Origin: an uncultured Gammaproteobacteria bacterium
GTDB lineage: Bacteria; Patescibacteriota; Microgenomatia; Levybacterales; UBA12049
Direction: 5' to 3'
Assembly: GCA_964474445.1 (NCBI GenBank)
Contig: CAYYSJ010000003.1
Coordinates: 17,597 to 81,596, forward strand
Length of the DNA: 64,000 bases
Below the pieces are notes generated by a model. That model saw nothing but the letters and a program-made list of their open reading frames with translations, searched no databases and had not been told where the DNA came from. Shown here in pieces: positions 19,030-28,935 of the stretch. Position 1 is the first letter of the stretch. The number at the start of each line of letters is the position of its first letter. Both the position numbers and the translations under genes were made by a program.

Positions 19030-19213
19030 TCTTCAAAAGCGATGAAGGGGAATTCCCGCCCCTGAGCTGACTACGATGAGTAGATCCGGTAACTCCCGTT
19101 ATAGAGAAAATAAGCTTAGATTTGGTTTTTAATCTAAGGAAAACAAGGTGGTACCACGAGCATCCTCGTCCTTGTTAAGGTCTGACAGACCTTGGCAGAG
19201 ATGAGGTTTTTTT
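19030..19213 (+). ncRNA. T-box riboswitch leader upstream of proS, with a candidate proline specifier codon
   Basis: The conserved T-box sequence AAACAAGGTGGTACCACGAG (19141-19160) matches the AANNNGGGUGGUACCGCG consensus. An intrinsic terminator follows: CCTCGTC...AAGGTC-tgaca-GACCTT...GATGAGG plus T7 (19164-19213). The upstream stem region contains GAAUUCCCGCCCC, which carries CCC/CCG Pro codons. The ATG of proS lies 25 nt after the T-run. Confidence 0.75.
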
Positions 19214-19238
19214 ATGGAAAAACCTGTATACTAACACT

Positions 19239-20966
19239 ATGAAATATTCACAGTTACCATTTAGAACAAGTAAAGCAGTAGCAAAGGATTTACAGTCAAA
19301 AAATGCACGTCTTTTGATTCAAGCTGGTTATATCCATCAGGAAATGGCAGGAGTATATACCTTTTTGCCTCTTGGTCTTCGTGTTTTAGAAAAAATAGAA
19401 CAAATTATTCGGGAGGAGATGGATAAAATTGCCGTTGAAATCTTTATGACTTCTCTTGTTCCTCAAGAAATTTGGGTGAAATCTGGAAGACTCCATACAG
19501 TTGATGTCCTTATGAAAACGACTCCTGCAAATGAAAAAGCTCGAGCAAAACATGCTACAGAATATATCTTGGCTCCAACACATGAAGATACGGTGACAAA
19601 CTTAATTATGGAGCAGGTGAGATCGTATAAAGACTTGCCAACTGCGGTGTATCAAATCCAAACAAAATTCAGAAATGAGCCACGAGCAAAGTCAGGACTT
19701 CTCAGAGGTCGTGAATTTAGAATGAAAGATCTATATTCATTTCATACATCAGAAGAAGACTTAAAAAAATATTACGAAGTAGCAAAAGAGGCATACTGGA
19801 AAGTGTTTGAAAGGCTTGGTCTCAAACATGCAACGCTTCTTACTCTTGCATCAGGTGGAGATTTTACAAAAGAATACTCACATGAATTTCAAGTTATCTG
19901 TGACGCTGGAGAAGATCTTATTTTCCATGTTAAGAGTAAAAACCTTACTTTTAATCGCGAAGTTGCTCCTTCTCAAGCACCATCTCTCAATCAAAGTAAT
20001 GAAGAAGTGAAACCTTTAGAAGAAATAGAAGGGGCGGGTATTATTGGTGTTGGGGAAGTGGCAAAGCATGCAGGTATTCACATAGAGCAGACGACGAAAA
20101 CTATGCTTTTTGAGAATGAAAAAGCAGAGGTGATTGCTGCTGCTGTACGTGGAGGGTATGACATTAATGAAGAAAAGCTCAAAAAAATTTCAGGATCAGA
20201 ATCGCTCCAATTAGCATCTGCAGACGTAGTGAAGAAGGTAACTGGAGCTGAAATTGGATATGCAGGACTGTTGAATTTATCAAAAGATGTTAGAGTCTTT
20301 ATGGACGAGTCGATGAAAGGCAGAAAAAACTTTGAAATGGGTGCAAATAGGACAAATTATCATTCCATCAATGTTAATTTTGGTCGTGATCTGGAGGAAC
20401 CAGGGGAATTTTACGATATTAAAGTAGCAAAAGAAGGGGATTTGTATCCAGAAACAGGAGAAGTCTATGAGGTGTACAAAGCAGCCGAAGTTGGGAACAT
20501 CTTCCCATTAAATACAAAATTCTCAAAAGCATTTGATTTTTATTACACAGACGAAAAGGGTGAGAAACACCTCGTCTACATGGGAAGTTATGGAATAGGT
20601 CCATCACGTGTTATGGGAGTAATTGTTGAGAAGTTTGCTGATGAAAAAGGGCTTGTGTGGCCACGACATATTGCACCATTTACTGTCCATCTCATTTCTA
20701 TTCGGAAAAATGTAGAAGCTGATTTTCTGTATAAAGCACTTCAGAAAGAAGGGATTGAGGTCTTTTTAGATGATAGGGAAACAGTTTCAGTTGGAGAAAA
20801 ATTTGCAGATGCAGATCTTCTGGGAATGCCTGTGAGAATAGTTATTTCTGAAAAAACTGGTGATAAGGTGGAGTGGAAAGAACGAACACAAGAGAACCCA
20901 GAGCTTATTTCTATACAAGAGGCAGTGGAAAGACTCCTAAAGGCAAAAGAAGAAAAGAATTACTGA
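19239..20966 (+). CDS. proS: Prolyl-tRNA synthetase
   Basis: Class II aaRS motifs and the ProRS N-terminus (FRTSKAVAKDLQ..ARLLIQAGYI), with a C-terminal anticodon-binding domain. Confidence 0.9.
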   Translation: MKYSQLPFRTSKAVAKDLQSKNARLLIQAGYIHQEMAGVYTFLPLGLRVLEKIEQIIREEMDKIAVEIFMTSLVPQEIWVKSGRLHTVDVLMKTTPANEKARAKHATEYILAPTHEDTVTNLIMEQVRSYKDLPTAVYQIQTKFRNEPRAKSGLLRGREFRMKDLYSFHTSEEDLKKYYEVAKEAYWKVFERLGLKHATLLTLASGGDFTKEYSHEFQVICDAGEDLIFHVKSKNLTFNREVAPSQAPSLNQSNEEVKPLEEIEGAGIIGVGEVAKHAGIHIEQTTKTMLFENEKAEVIAAAVRGGYDINEEKLKKISGSESLQLASADVVKKVTGAEIGYAGLLNLSKDVRVFMDESMKGRKNFEMGANRTNYHSINVNFGRDLEEPGEFYDIKVAKEGDLYPETGEVYEVYKAAEVGNIFPLNTKFSKAFDFYYTDEKGEKHLVYMGSYGIGPSRVMGVIVEKFADEKGLVWPRHIAPFTVHLISIRKNVEADFLYKALQKEGIEVFLDDRETVSVGEKFADADLLGMPVRIVISEKTGDKVEWKERTQENPELISIQEAVERLLKAKEEKNY

Positions 20967-21472
20967 TTAATAAATGGTACTGGAACATTCAGGAATTTAA
21001 TCCAGAACAGGCTATACACGAGAAAGAATACAACAGCTCCTAAAATAAGAATAACCGGCGAGATCCCCTTTTTTGTACTTGTTGCAACAACCCCAGTTGA
21101 GGGTGCTGGTGTAGCTTCAACGGGAGTAGCTCCACCACCAACTCGCACTGTTTGCGTGGAGTGTGGCATGACAACTGGAGTAACAGGGAGAGGCTGCTCA
21201 GGCTGTTGAGGGGAAGCTGTAGCGCTAGCTGCTGGTACTGGTGCTACAGAGACTGTCGTTGTGGCAGTTGGCGTAGCAGAGGGAGCTGAAGGTATTGGAG
21301 TAGGAGTCACTGGATTTACAGCAGGTTGTAGAGGATTCGTTGTCGCAGGTGCAGCAGGAGTAACAGCTGTTCCCATAACACGGTTATATGCTTCTTGTAG
21401 TTTTGGGTCCAATTGAGCAGTTTGTTTGGGATCCATAAACTTATCATCTCTAATAAGAGAGTGATTTGTCAA
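20960..21472 (-). CDS. Hypothetical Pro/Thr/Ala-rich low-complexity protein with a C-terminal transmembrane anchor
   Basis: Long PTA-rich stretch (VTPAAPATTNPLQPAVNPVTPTPIPSAPSATPTATTT) followed by the hydrophobic segment ISPVILILGAVVFFLVYSLFWIKFL. GC is higher than in the host genes. It overlaps the 3' end of proS. Confidence 0.45.
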   Translation of the reverse strand: MTNHSLIRDDKFMDPKQTAQLDPKLQEAYNRVMGTAVTPAAPATTNPLQPAVNPVTPTPIPSAPSATPTATTTVSVAPVPAASATASPQQPEQPLPVTPVVMPHSTQTVRVGGGATPVEATPAPSTGVVATSTKKGISPVILILGAVVFFLVYSLFWIKFLNVPVPFINQ

Positions 21473-21521
21473 GCTAATGGTTCTTTTTATATGTCAATGC
21501 GTATCCAATGCGCATGTACAA

Positions 21522-21785
21522 ATGAGAAGAGAATTCTATAATGCTACACATATGAGTGGATGCATAACAGAACGTATAGGTGGTGTATACAAGACAACAT
21601 GTCCTAATGGGAGCAGTGTTACCAGAGATAGTGAATCCTTTACGGTTTCTGATGGACAAACTAGTCGTAGTTTTCCTATAGGAACAGGCATGCCTGCATG
21701 GGTAAGAGCGCAAAATGCAGCAAACACTCAGGAAGGTATTATTGGAAAATTTTTTGAATCGGGTGAGAACTTAAAGAAGAGTTAG
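21522..21785 (+). CDS. Hypothetical small protein (88 aa)
   Basis: ORF from an internal ATG of the supplied ORF 21477..21785. No family recognised. Low confidence that it is real. Confidence 0.25.
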   Translation: MRREFYNATHMSGCITERIGGVYKTTCPNGSSVTRDSESFTVSDGQTSRSFPIGTGMPAWVRAQNAANTQEGIIGKFFESGENLKKS

Positions 21786-21829
21786 TGGATATCCTTTTTA
21801 AATCTTCAAAAACCTAGTATACTACGGTT

Positions 21830-22747
21830 ATGCATATTATTGTTACTCATACGTCTCCTGACTGGGATGCAATTGGTTCTGTGTGGATACTCAAACGTTT
21901 CTTACCAGGATGGGAGAATGCAAAAGTAGAATTTGTTCCTGCAGGAGATAGAAGCCCAAAAGTTGCAAATAAAAGTAAAGAAGCAGACGAAAAAATTGTG
22001 GTTACTATCGGTGAAGATAAAATACTGCATGTTGATACAGGCCTCACCCCATTGGACCATCACCAAATTTATGACACCAATGTCTGTAGTACGAGTCGCT
22101 GTTGGGATTATGTCTTACAGGAAAATCCAAATTTGCATGCCAGAACTTCTGATATTAAACAAAGCGATCGGGTTACTGCAGTTGGGAGAATTGTTGACTA
22201 TATTGTTGCACTTGACCACTTTCAGGAAGTATTTTGGAAAGACGCAGGATCTGATATTCATGAATTTGGACTGTACGGTATTTTAGAAGGAATGAAAGGA
22301 TTACACCCGAATCAAGATGAGTATTATGTAAGCTGGGGGATGGAAATTCTGGATGCAATGGTACATCGATTTGAAAGTAGAATTTGGGCAGAAAGAGAAC
22401 TTGCAAAAGCAAAAGAATTCACAACAAAATGGGGGAAGGCACTTGCGGTTGAAACGATCAACGATAGTGTTATTAAGCTTGCACAGAGAATGGGTTATGC
22501 AGTCGTTGTTCGTAAAGATCCCAGAAAAGGGTATGTGAGGATAAAAGCTATTCCATTTAAAGAAGGAGTAACCCCTGATATTAATCTTACGCTTGCAAGT
22601 GAGCAATTTCGAAAAATGGATCCTGAGGCAACATGGTTTTTACATGTTAGTAACAAAATGCTTCTAAATGGCACACCGAAAAATCCCAAAATGGTTCCAA
22701 CAAGATTGAGCTTAGATCAGATAGTAAAGGTATTAGAGAATATTTAG
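21830..22747 (+). CDS. DHH-family phosphoesterase (NrnA-like nanoRNase/pAp phosphatase)
   Basis: DHH motif I HTSPDWDAIGS and motif III LDHHQ, and ~300 aa with a DHHA1-like C-terminus. Confidence 0.7.
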   Translation: MHIIVTHTSPDWDAIGSVWILKRFLPGWENAKVEFVPAGDRSPKVANKSKEADEKIVVTIGEDKILHVDTGLTPLDHHQIYDTNVCSTSRCWDYVLQENPNLHARTSDIKQSDRVTAVGRIVDYIVALDHFQEVFWKDAGSDIHEFGLYGILEGMKGLHPNQDEYYVSWGMEILDAMVHRFESRIWAERELAKAKEFTTKWGKALAVETINDSVIKLAQRMGYAVVVRKDPRKGYVRIKAIPFKEGVTPDINLTLASEQFRKMDPEATWFLHVSNKMLLNGTPKNPKMVPTRLSLDQIVKVLENI

Positions 22748-22756
22748 TATTGCGGT

Positions 22757-23077
22757 ATGGATGATTGTATCTTTTGTAAAATAGCAAGGCACGATGTGCC
22801 AAAAGAATTTACGTATGAGGATGAGTGGGTCATGGCATTTCCTGATCTGCACCCACAAAAGCCAACGCATATTCTGGTTGTCCCCAAAAAGCATATTCCT
22901 GAATTTATGCAACTTGATGACCAGGTCCTTATTGATAGAATCAGACAAGTCCTGCAAACACTGGTGAGGGAATTTAACCTGAATCACAATGGCTATAAAA
23001 TAACAGTGAATGGTGGAGGACTTCAGGAAATTGACCACCTGCATATCCACCTTATGGGACCAATGGGAAGGCCGTAA
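22757..23077 (+). CDS. HIT (histidine triad) family protein
   Basis: DCIFCKI N-terminus and the HLHIHLMG histidine triad. Confidence 0.85.
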   Translation: MDDCIFCKIARHDVPKEFTYEDEWVMAFPDLHPQKPTHILVVPKKHIPEFMQLDDQVLIDRIRQVLQTLVREFNLNHNGYKITVNGGGLQEIDHLHIHLMGPMGRP

Positions 23078-23127
23078 AGGAAACAATCTATTTCATCTTT
23101 TCGTAGAAGTCCGTACGAGATTTGGCT

Positions 23128-23157
23128 TTGCCACTTTTCCACATTTTGTGTTATAAT
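23128..23157 (+). promoter_or_regulatory. Promoter TTGCCA-18-(TGt)TATAAT upstream of rpsU
   Basis: Extended -10 element read directly. A 5' UTR of ~60 nt with a hairpin and a GAGGGGG Shine-Dalgarno sequence follows. Confidence 0.5.
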
Positions 23158-23216
23158 ATTGTAACTACATTTTTTCGAGCTTTATAAAAAGCCTCGAATT
23201 TCCTGAGAGGGGGTGT

Positions 23217-23417
23217 TTGTATTCTATGTTAATCGTTAAAAAACAACCAGGTGATAGTGATGACGCTCTCATCCGAAAATTTAGCAGAAAAGTCACTGAT
23301 GCAGGTATTATTCAGGAGGCAAAACGCCGACAATTCTACCTCAAGCCATCTGCTGCGCGAGCACAGAAAAAGCAAGAAAAAAGAAAAGCAAGAATCTTAA
23401 AGAGAGTAACTGCCTAA
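23217..23417 (+). CDS. rpsU: 30S ribosomal protein S21
   Basis: Basic 60-aa protein with the S21 pattern (ALIRKFSRKV...EAKRRQFYLKPSAARAQKK). Confidence 0.85.
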   Translation: MYSMLIVKKQPGDSDDALIRKFSRKVTDAGIIQEAKRRQFYLKPSAARAQKKQEKRKARILKRVTA

Positions 23418-23423
23418 ATCGTT

Positions 23424-23819
23424 ATGACTACAGACTCTGAAGTTACCGCACTTCTTTTTGTTGAAAGTAGATATAAGGTTAATAGACGTCGCATCCGTAA
23501 AACCGTTGTGGAGACCCTCAAAAAGCACGGAGTACAAGGGCCGGTAGAGGTGAGTATTGCCATTGTTGGAGACAGAAAAATGAGAGAACTATCCAAGCTC
23601 TATAAGGGTGAGGATAAGACTCGAAATATATTGTCCTTTTCTCTATCAGAGGGTGAACCAGTTGTCTTGCCAACGGATAAACTGCGTCTTGGAGATATTG
23701 TTATCTCCTATCCTGTCCTTATTAAAGAAGCAGCAGAATTTGAGGAATTAGTTGATGATAGAATGGATATGCTTGTTGAGCACGGTCTGACGCATCTCTT
23801 AGGTATTCACCACGAATAG
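23424..23819 (+). CDS. ybeY: rRNA maturation endoribonuclease YbeY
   Basis: TRNILSFSL motif and the C-terminal zinc motif HGLTHLLGIHH (the H..H.....H of YbeY/UPF0054). Confidence 0.75.
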   Translation: MTTDSEVTALLFVESRYKVNRRRIRKTVVETLKKHGVQGPVEVSIAIVGDRKMRELSKLYKGEDKTRNILSFSLSEGEPVVLPTDKLRLGDIVISYPVLIKEAAEFEELVDDRMDMLVEHGLTHLLGIHHE

Positions 23820-23891
23820 GATACAAGTTCAAAGTGCTTTCAGTGATACTGTTTGTGTGCTTCCAAAGATACTCCAATTGTAGTATTCTAG

Positions 23892-25427
23892 TTGTTACTT
23901 CTACCTATGGTGTATTATCGTAAGTATCGACCCCAAACAATTGCGGAATTAGATAATCCCAAGCTTCGTGAAACGCTCACTTCTGTATTATCAGCAAAAG
24001 AGATCCCTCATTCATTTTTGTTTACCGGACCAAAGGGATTAGGTAAAACATCAACTGCTCGTATTATTGCTAAAGTACTCAATTGCGAACACGAAGAAAA
24101 GGGAAAAGAGAAGAAGGATACAAGCATAGAACCGGACAATGTCTGTTATCAGTGTGTTTCAATTACAAATGGCACAAATATTGATGTATTGGAAATTGAC
24201 GGTGCGAGTAACCGAGGTATTGATGAAATACGAGAGCTTCGTGAGCGAGTGAACCTAGCACCGAGTGCTGCAAAGAAAAAAGTCTATATTATTGATGAAG
24301 TTCACATGCTGACAACCGAAGCATTTAATGCACTTTTGAAAACAATTGAGGAACCACCAGCTCATGCTGTCTTTATCTTCTGTACAACAGAACCACAAAA
24401 AGTCCCAGCAACAATTATTTCTCGATGTTTCCATATTTCACTCAACAGAGCAACTGATGAGGAATTGATTCATTCTCTCAAACGGATTGTCTCAGAGGAA
24501 AAAATAGACGTAGATGGCGAGGCGTTGGAGCTGATCGCTCATTTAGGAGATGGAGGATTTCGAGATACCCAAAAGTTATTCGAAGAAGTTGTTGCACTGT
24601 CAAATGGAGCAAAGATCACGAAAGCATTGGTTGAAGAGAAGCTTAACATCTCAAGTAGTCAGTATCTTGTGTCGAGTTTGTTGAGCAATCTCGAAGAAAA
24701 GAATGTGAAAGGGTCTGTAGAAGTCGTAGGGAAAGTTGCCGAACAGGGAATGGATATGAGGTTTTTCATACAAGAAGTACTGGCAACGCTTCATCAATCT
24801 CTTCTTGCACAGATAGGGATTACACAACCTGCAGGCTTTCAACCACTTACGATTCATCTATCCATACAGGAAATGCAAGTCTTGATAGGTCTTTTGGAAC
24901 AAGCATACAAAGAAACGAAATTTGCTGTTATTCCTCAACTCCCACTTGAGCTTGTTTGTATTGGATGGTGTTCTGCAAAGGAAAATGAGGGAGAAGACTT
25001 GTCTGGAGAAAAACCTCATGCGTCTATGTCTATGCACAACGTTTCTGCAAAACCTACTGTCACTGATCTTTTGAAAAAAGAGAAAAATTTGAAAGTGCAG
25101 GAGGTACTGGGGAAAGCACCGGTGAAGACTCCTGTGAGGGAAGAGTCTCCCCATACGCAAGAGGGATTACCTGAAAATGCAAATGAGAATGCAGTTTTTA
25201 TGGAGAACATTATTTACAAAGTAAAACCATATAATCATTCTGTTGCAGGAGTATTGCGAGGTTGTATTATTAAGCTCATCGATGGGGAGAAAATTGTTTT
25301 TGAAACACCATATAAATTCCATAAGGAAAAATTAGAGGAATTTAAAACAAAAGAAATTTTGGAAAAAGGAGTACGTGAGATAACTGGTAAGAATCTGGCA
25401 GTGATGATAGAATTAAAAACAGGATAA
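23892..25427 (+). CDS. dnaX: DNA polymerase III subunit gamma/tau
   Basis: YRKYRPQT N-terminus, Walker A (GPKGLGKTSTARI), a Cys zinc module and the DExx motif IIDEVHML. Confidence 0.9.
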   Translation: MLLLPMVYYRKYRPQTIAELDNPKLRETLTSVLSAKEIPHSFLFTGPKGLGKTSTARIIAKVLNCEHEEKGKEKKDTSIEPDNVCYQCVSITNGTNIDVLEIDGASNRGIDEIRELRERVNLAPSAAKKKVYIIDEVHMLTTEAFNALLKTIEEPPAHAVFIFCTTEPQKVPATIISRCFHISLNRATDEELIHSLKRIVSEEKIDVDGEALELIAHLGDGGFRDTQKLFEEVVALSNGAKITKALVEEKLNISSSQYLVSSLLSNLEEKNVKGSVEVVGKVAEQGMDMRFFIQEVLATLHQSLLAQIGITQPAGFQPLTIHLSIQEMQVLIGLLEQAYKETKFAVIPQLPLELVCIGWCSAKENEGEDLSGEKPHASMSMHNVSAKPTVTDLLKKEKNLKVQEVLGKAPVKTPVREESPHTQEGLPENANENAVFMENIIYKVKPYNHSVAGVLRGCIIKLIDGEKIVFETPYKFHKEKLEEFKTKEILEKGVREITGKNLAVMIELKTG

Positions 25428-25525
25428 ATGGAAGGGCTCATTTCCAGAAGAGAATGAGTCCTATTTGCATAAACTCTTGATTACGCTAGAATAACTTTTA
25501 TAACAGAAAGTGAGGTGAATAATAT

Positions 25526-25807
25526 ATGTTTAATCCGTTAAAACAAGTGGGAGAATTAAAAAAACTTCGAGATCAGGCAATGCAAATCCAAAAAGCACTC
25601 CAACAGGAACAAATTACTGTTGAAAAAAATGGTGTTGTCATTGTGATGACTGGAGATCAAAAAGTTGTTAGTATTTCGACCAATGGACGATCTGACAATG
25701 ATGTGAAAGATGCTATCAACGAATCTATTAAAAAATCCCAAGAAGTAGCTGCAAAGAAACTTTCCCAAATGGGAGGGGGACTCGGTGGTTTGATGGGAGG
25801 AATGTAA
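25526..25807 (+). CDS. ybaB: Nucleoid-associated protein YbaB/EbfC
   Basis: 93 aa with the typical pattern (KQVGELKKLRDQA....V.V...G..KV) and a Gly-rich C-terminus, immediately downstream of dnaX. Confidence 0.85.
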   Translation: MFNPLKQVGELKKLRDQAMQIQKALQQEQITVEKNGVVIVMTGDQKVVSISTNGRSDNDVKDAINESIKKSQEVAAKKLSQMGGGLGGLMGGM

Positions 25808-25869
25808 AACGAATATTTGGGGAACCGAATGTTTGGATAAGTTCAATATACCAGAAAAGTCAGAAAGTT

Positions 25870-26811
25870 ATGAAGATTTTGGGGGGCAGTGCCAGCCTGG
25901 ATTTGGCACAGGACGTAGCAGATATTCTTCAGACGAAATTATCTTCTGTTGATATACACATATTTCCTGATGGAGAAAGAAGAATTCGTATTACCGAACA
26001 GGTAGTTGATGAGGAATGTGTTGTCATTCAATCTGCTCCTCCTCCTGTTGACACCAATTACATGGAACTGTTTTTCTTGATTGATGCTCTAAAAAGGTCA
26101 GGAGCAGAAAAAGTGACTGCTGTTGTACCGTATTTTGGATACCAACGACAAGATCATGTCTTTCGTGAAGGAGAAGCTGTCTCTTTGGAGGTTGTTATTC
26201 GGATTCTGGAAAGCCTTAACATAGACAGATTAGTAAGTGTTGATATGCATACACCAAAAATCCCAGATCTTTTTCATATTCCAGTAAGTCATATATCTGC
26301 ATTGCCTCTTTTTGCAAAGACCATTAAAGAGCATGGATGGGATACCCCTGAAAGTGTGTTGATCTCGCCTGACATGGGGGGAATAGGTCGCATAAAAAAA
26401 TTATCTGAACTGTTAGGCGGAATGGCTGTTGCAGCTGTTGAAAAAAATCGTGATTTAGAGACCGGATCGTTGCAGGTCTCATCCTTTGGAGAGGGGTCAG
26501 TAACAGGGAAAAAACAGGCAATTATTGTTGATGACATGATAGCATCTGGCAAAACAATTGCTCTTGCCTCGGCTTTTTTACATGAACAAGGAATAGAGGA
26601 AATCCATGTGTTTGCAACACATGCTGTTTTCTCAGAAGATGCTCCTCATATTCTTGAAGGATCATTTGCAAAAGAGATCTTTATCACAGATACCGTTCGT
26701 GTTTCAGCAGAAAAACAGTTTTCGAAACTTTCTGTCCTTTCTAGTGCTCCAATTATTGCTGCTGGTATAAAAGATCCAGTTAGTTCCAATAGTCCATTGC
26801 TTTCACTGTAA
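25870..26811 (+). CDS. prs: Ribose-phosphate pyrophosphokinase
   Basis: FPDGE N-terminal motif, VVPYFGYQRQD, and the PRPP-binding loop (IIVDDMIASGKT). Confidence 0.9.
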   Translation: MKILGGSASLDLAQDVADILQTKLSSVDIHIFPDGERRIRITEQVVDEECVVIQSAPPPVDTNYMELFFLIDALKRSGAEKVTAVVPYFGYQRQDHVFREGEAVSLEVVIRILESLNIDRLVSVDMHTPKIPDLFHIPVSHISALPLFAKTIKEHGWDTPESVLISPDMGGIGRIKKLSELLGGMAVAAVEKNRDLETGSLQVSSFGEGSVTGKKQAIIVDDMIASGKTIALASAFLHEQGIEEIHVFATHAVFSEDAPHILEGSFAKEIFITDTVRVSAEKQFSKLSVLSSAPIIAAGIKDPVSSNSPLLSL

Positions 26812-26887
26812 TTTCCTAGTACTATAATGATCTAATTCATATAGTAACGAGTTTAGTGAATTAACCCGTTAAATAATAATTATCCTT

Positions 26888-27496
26888 ATGCGCATTCCCA
26901 AAGCTGTACAAAATCTGATTGAATCATTTGAAAAATTGCCAAGTATTGGTCCTAAATCGGCCCAGCGTCTGACATTTTATTTACTTCATGTTCCACAGGC
27001 AGAGTTAGAGCATTTTGCACAGGCATTAAACAATCTAAAAAAGGGAACACTGATGTGTTCTATCTGCCTTTCAATTGATGAGACAGATCCCTGCAGTATT
27101 TGTTCTGACACAACACGTGACAGTGCAACCATTTGTGTTGTCGAGCAGCCCCTTGATGTATTTGCTTTAGAAAAAGCAGGAAAATATAAAGGAGTCTATC
27201 ATGTTCTTCATGGCAGGATTGATCCATTGAATAACTTAGGGCCGGATGAAATTTATATTCGTCAACTTTTAGAAAGAGTAAAAAAAGGAGGAATCAAAGA
27301 GATTATCTTAGCAACCAATCCCACGATGGAAGGGGAAGCAACAGCAATGTATATTACAAAGCAGCTAGGAGCTATGAGCAAAGAGTTACGAGTTACGAGA
27401 ATAGGGAGAGGACTACCTGTTGGGGCGGATATTGAATACGCAGATGAAATTACACTTCAGCGGGCACTGGAAGGCAGAAGCGATTTTTCCATTTAA
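26888..27496 (+). CDS. recR: Recombination protein RecR
   Basis: Helix-hairpin-helix N-terminus (LPSIGPKSAQRL), a C4 zinc finger (CSICLSI...CSICSD) and a Toprim domain. Confidence 0.9.
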   Translation: MRIPKAVQNLIESFEKLPSIGPKSAQRLTFYLLHVPQAELEHFAQALNNLKKGTLMCSICLSIDETDPCSICSDTTRDSATICVVEQPLDVFALEKAGKYKGVYHVLHGRIDPLNNLGPDEIYIRQLLERVKKGGIKEIILATNPTMEGEATAMYITKQLGAMSKELRVTRIGRGLPVGADIEYADEITLQRALEGRSDFSI

Positions 27497-28113
27497 AGGT
27501 GAGGGAAGGCAATATTGTTGATACTGCCACCTTTTACTACACGCCTCACAAAACACTCTGCAAGCGTTCTCTCTGTTGGTTCTCTTGCTCCCCTTGTTAT
27601 AGAGACAGGCCGTAGTGTTTGTCCTAGGTCAGGCCGTTCTTTTAAAAAGGTGGTAAAGTCTGGCCGTCTGGTAAAAGATACTGAGTTGAAGTTTTGAGAG
27701 GGGAAAGGAAATACATTATCCTCATAATCTGTATAAAGTGGTTGGCTTTCCGTAAAAAAGCTAATATGCCATGTCTTAGATGGAATGTTATACACACTTG
27801 CTGCAAGAAATGAATCCATAGTATAAGGTCGTCTTACTGCATTAACTCCTTGGGAAACATCAAAAAATCCTCGAGCATTAATCCATTCGAATCGCCTTCT
27901 TAAAAGAGCAACTCCCGGTTTGCTTTCAAATCCTAAGGGAGAACACTGTTGCATTCTCTCGAATGCTTCTATGAAGTCAGACATGTTTGCCTTCTTCTCT
28001 AGCAATTCTTCTAGTATGTGGAGTGAGGTTACAAAACTTGCGTAGTTTCGTCCACGAGGACGATTGATTGTTGGTTTCACTTGTTCCGTAAACCATCCTA
28101 CTAATTCAGACAT
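27493..28113 (-). CDS. Hypothetical protein C (206 aa), the last gene of the higher-GC five-gene minus-strand cluster
   Basis: ORF at ~45-50% GC, against a host background of ~35-38%. No family recognised. Confidence 0.5.
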   Translation of the reverse strand: MSELVGWFTEQVKPTINRPRGRNYASFVTSLHILEELLEKKANMSDFIEAFERMQQCSPLGFESKPGVALLRRRFEWINARGFFDVSQGVNAVRRPYTMDSFLAASVYNIPSKTWHISFFTESQPLYTDYEDNVFPFPSQNFNSVSFTRRPDFTTFLKERPDLGQTLRPVSITRGAREPTERTLAECFVRRVVKGGSINNIAFPHL

Positions 28114-28176
28114 GGGAATTTACTTTAGCGAACAAATTTGAGGGAGTTGTAATGAGTTAGTAATGAATAGGAGAAA

Positions 28177-28935
28177 CTACCTGAAAGAAAGAAGTGGCTC
28201 AGAAGGACGAGGGAAATGAGCATAGTATTTGCTTTCGCCTTGTGGAGTATCTACGATAAAGTGTTGTAGCCATTCGTGTACTACTGTTTTGTCGCTCAGG
28301 GAATCCGGCCTAAAGGCAGCGGGGGGACGTCTAGATAAATCTCTTGTTCTCATTTGCAACCGGAGAGCACCTATTGCATTAGAACTTGTATTCTGGTCAA
28401 TGGTTACTCCAAAGGACGCCTTTGTTTTTGTCAGCCTGCCACTGAAATAAGGACGAAGCTCAGTGGATAAAGGCTCCTCGTGCGGCTGTAGAGAATCCCT
28501 CATAAACCGTACAGATGGGAGGATGGCCGTTGTAAAGCGCCATGTTCCTTCTTGTTCCTGTGAGAGGATTGTTGCTGAAAAAAAAGTTTCAAATTTGCTT
28601 TCCCCACTTTCAAATCCTCGAGCAAGCAGAAGCTTCGCTTGACTAGTAGGAACAGGAATGCCAGCAATGGTTGTTTGTTCAAGAGACAATGTTCGCTCAA
28701 AGAGAAATCGCACATGTTGATAGGCAGGATCTGTCTGAGAACCAGCTTCAGTCATTCCCATCTGTTGTGCTAATGCCCGTAAGTCTTCAAGCGCTCCTTC
28801 ATGCCGTTGCGTGGAGACACTAAGACCAGCCTCCATAAGTCCTACAGCAAGTACAAGCTGAGTAAAAGCGAGATTGTGCGGAAATTCTTCATTAGGAAAA
28901 TGTTTCCTTAAGATATCTGTCATGACCTCTGTCAT
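28177..28935 (-). CDS. Hypothetical protein B1 (252 aa), paralog of B2
   Basis: Its N-terminus (MTEVMTDILRKHFPNEEFP) and C-terminus (HEWLQHFIVDTPQGESKYYAHFPRPSEPLLSFR) align with B2 (MVERTLITSLREHFPDGDIP ... SEYLQHFVAETSHGGSQYYAHFPRPHTPLLVFK). Confidence 0.55.
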   Translation of the reverse strand: MTEVMTDILRKHFPNEEFPHNLAFTQLVLAVGLMEAGLSVSTQRHEGALEDLRALAQQMGMTEAGSQTDPAYQHVRFLFERTLSLEQTTIAGIPVPTSQAKLLLARGFESGESKFETFFSATILSQEQEGTWRFTTAILPSVRFMRDSLQPHEEPLSTELRPYFSGRLTKTKASFGVTIDQNTSSNAIGALRLQMRTRDLSRRPPAAFRPDSLSDKTVVHEWLQHFIVDTPQGESKYYAHFPRPSEPLLSFR

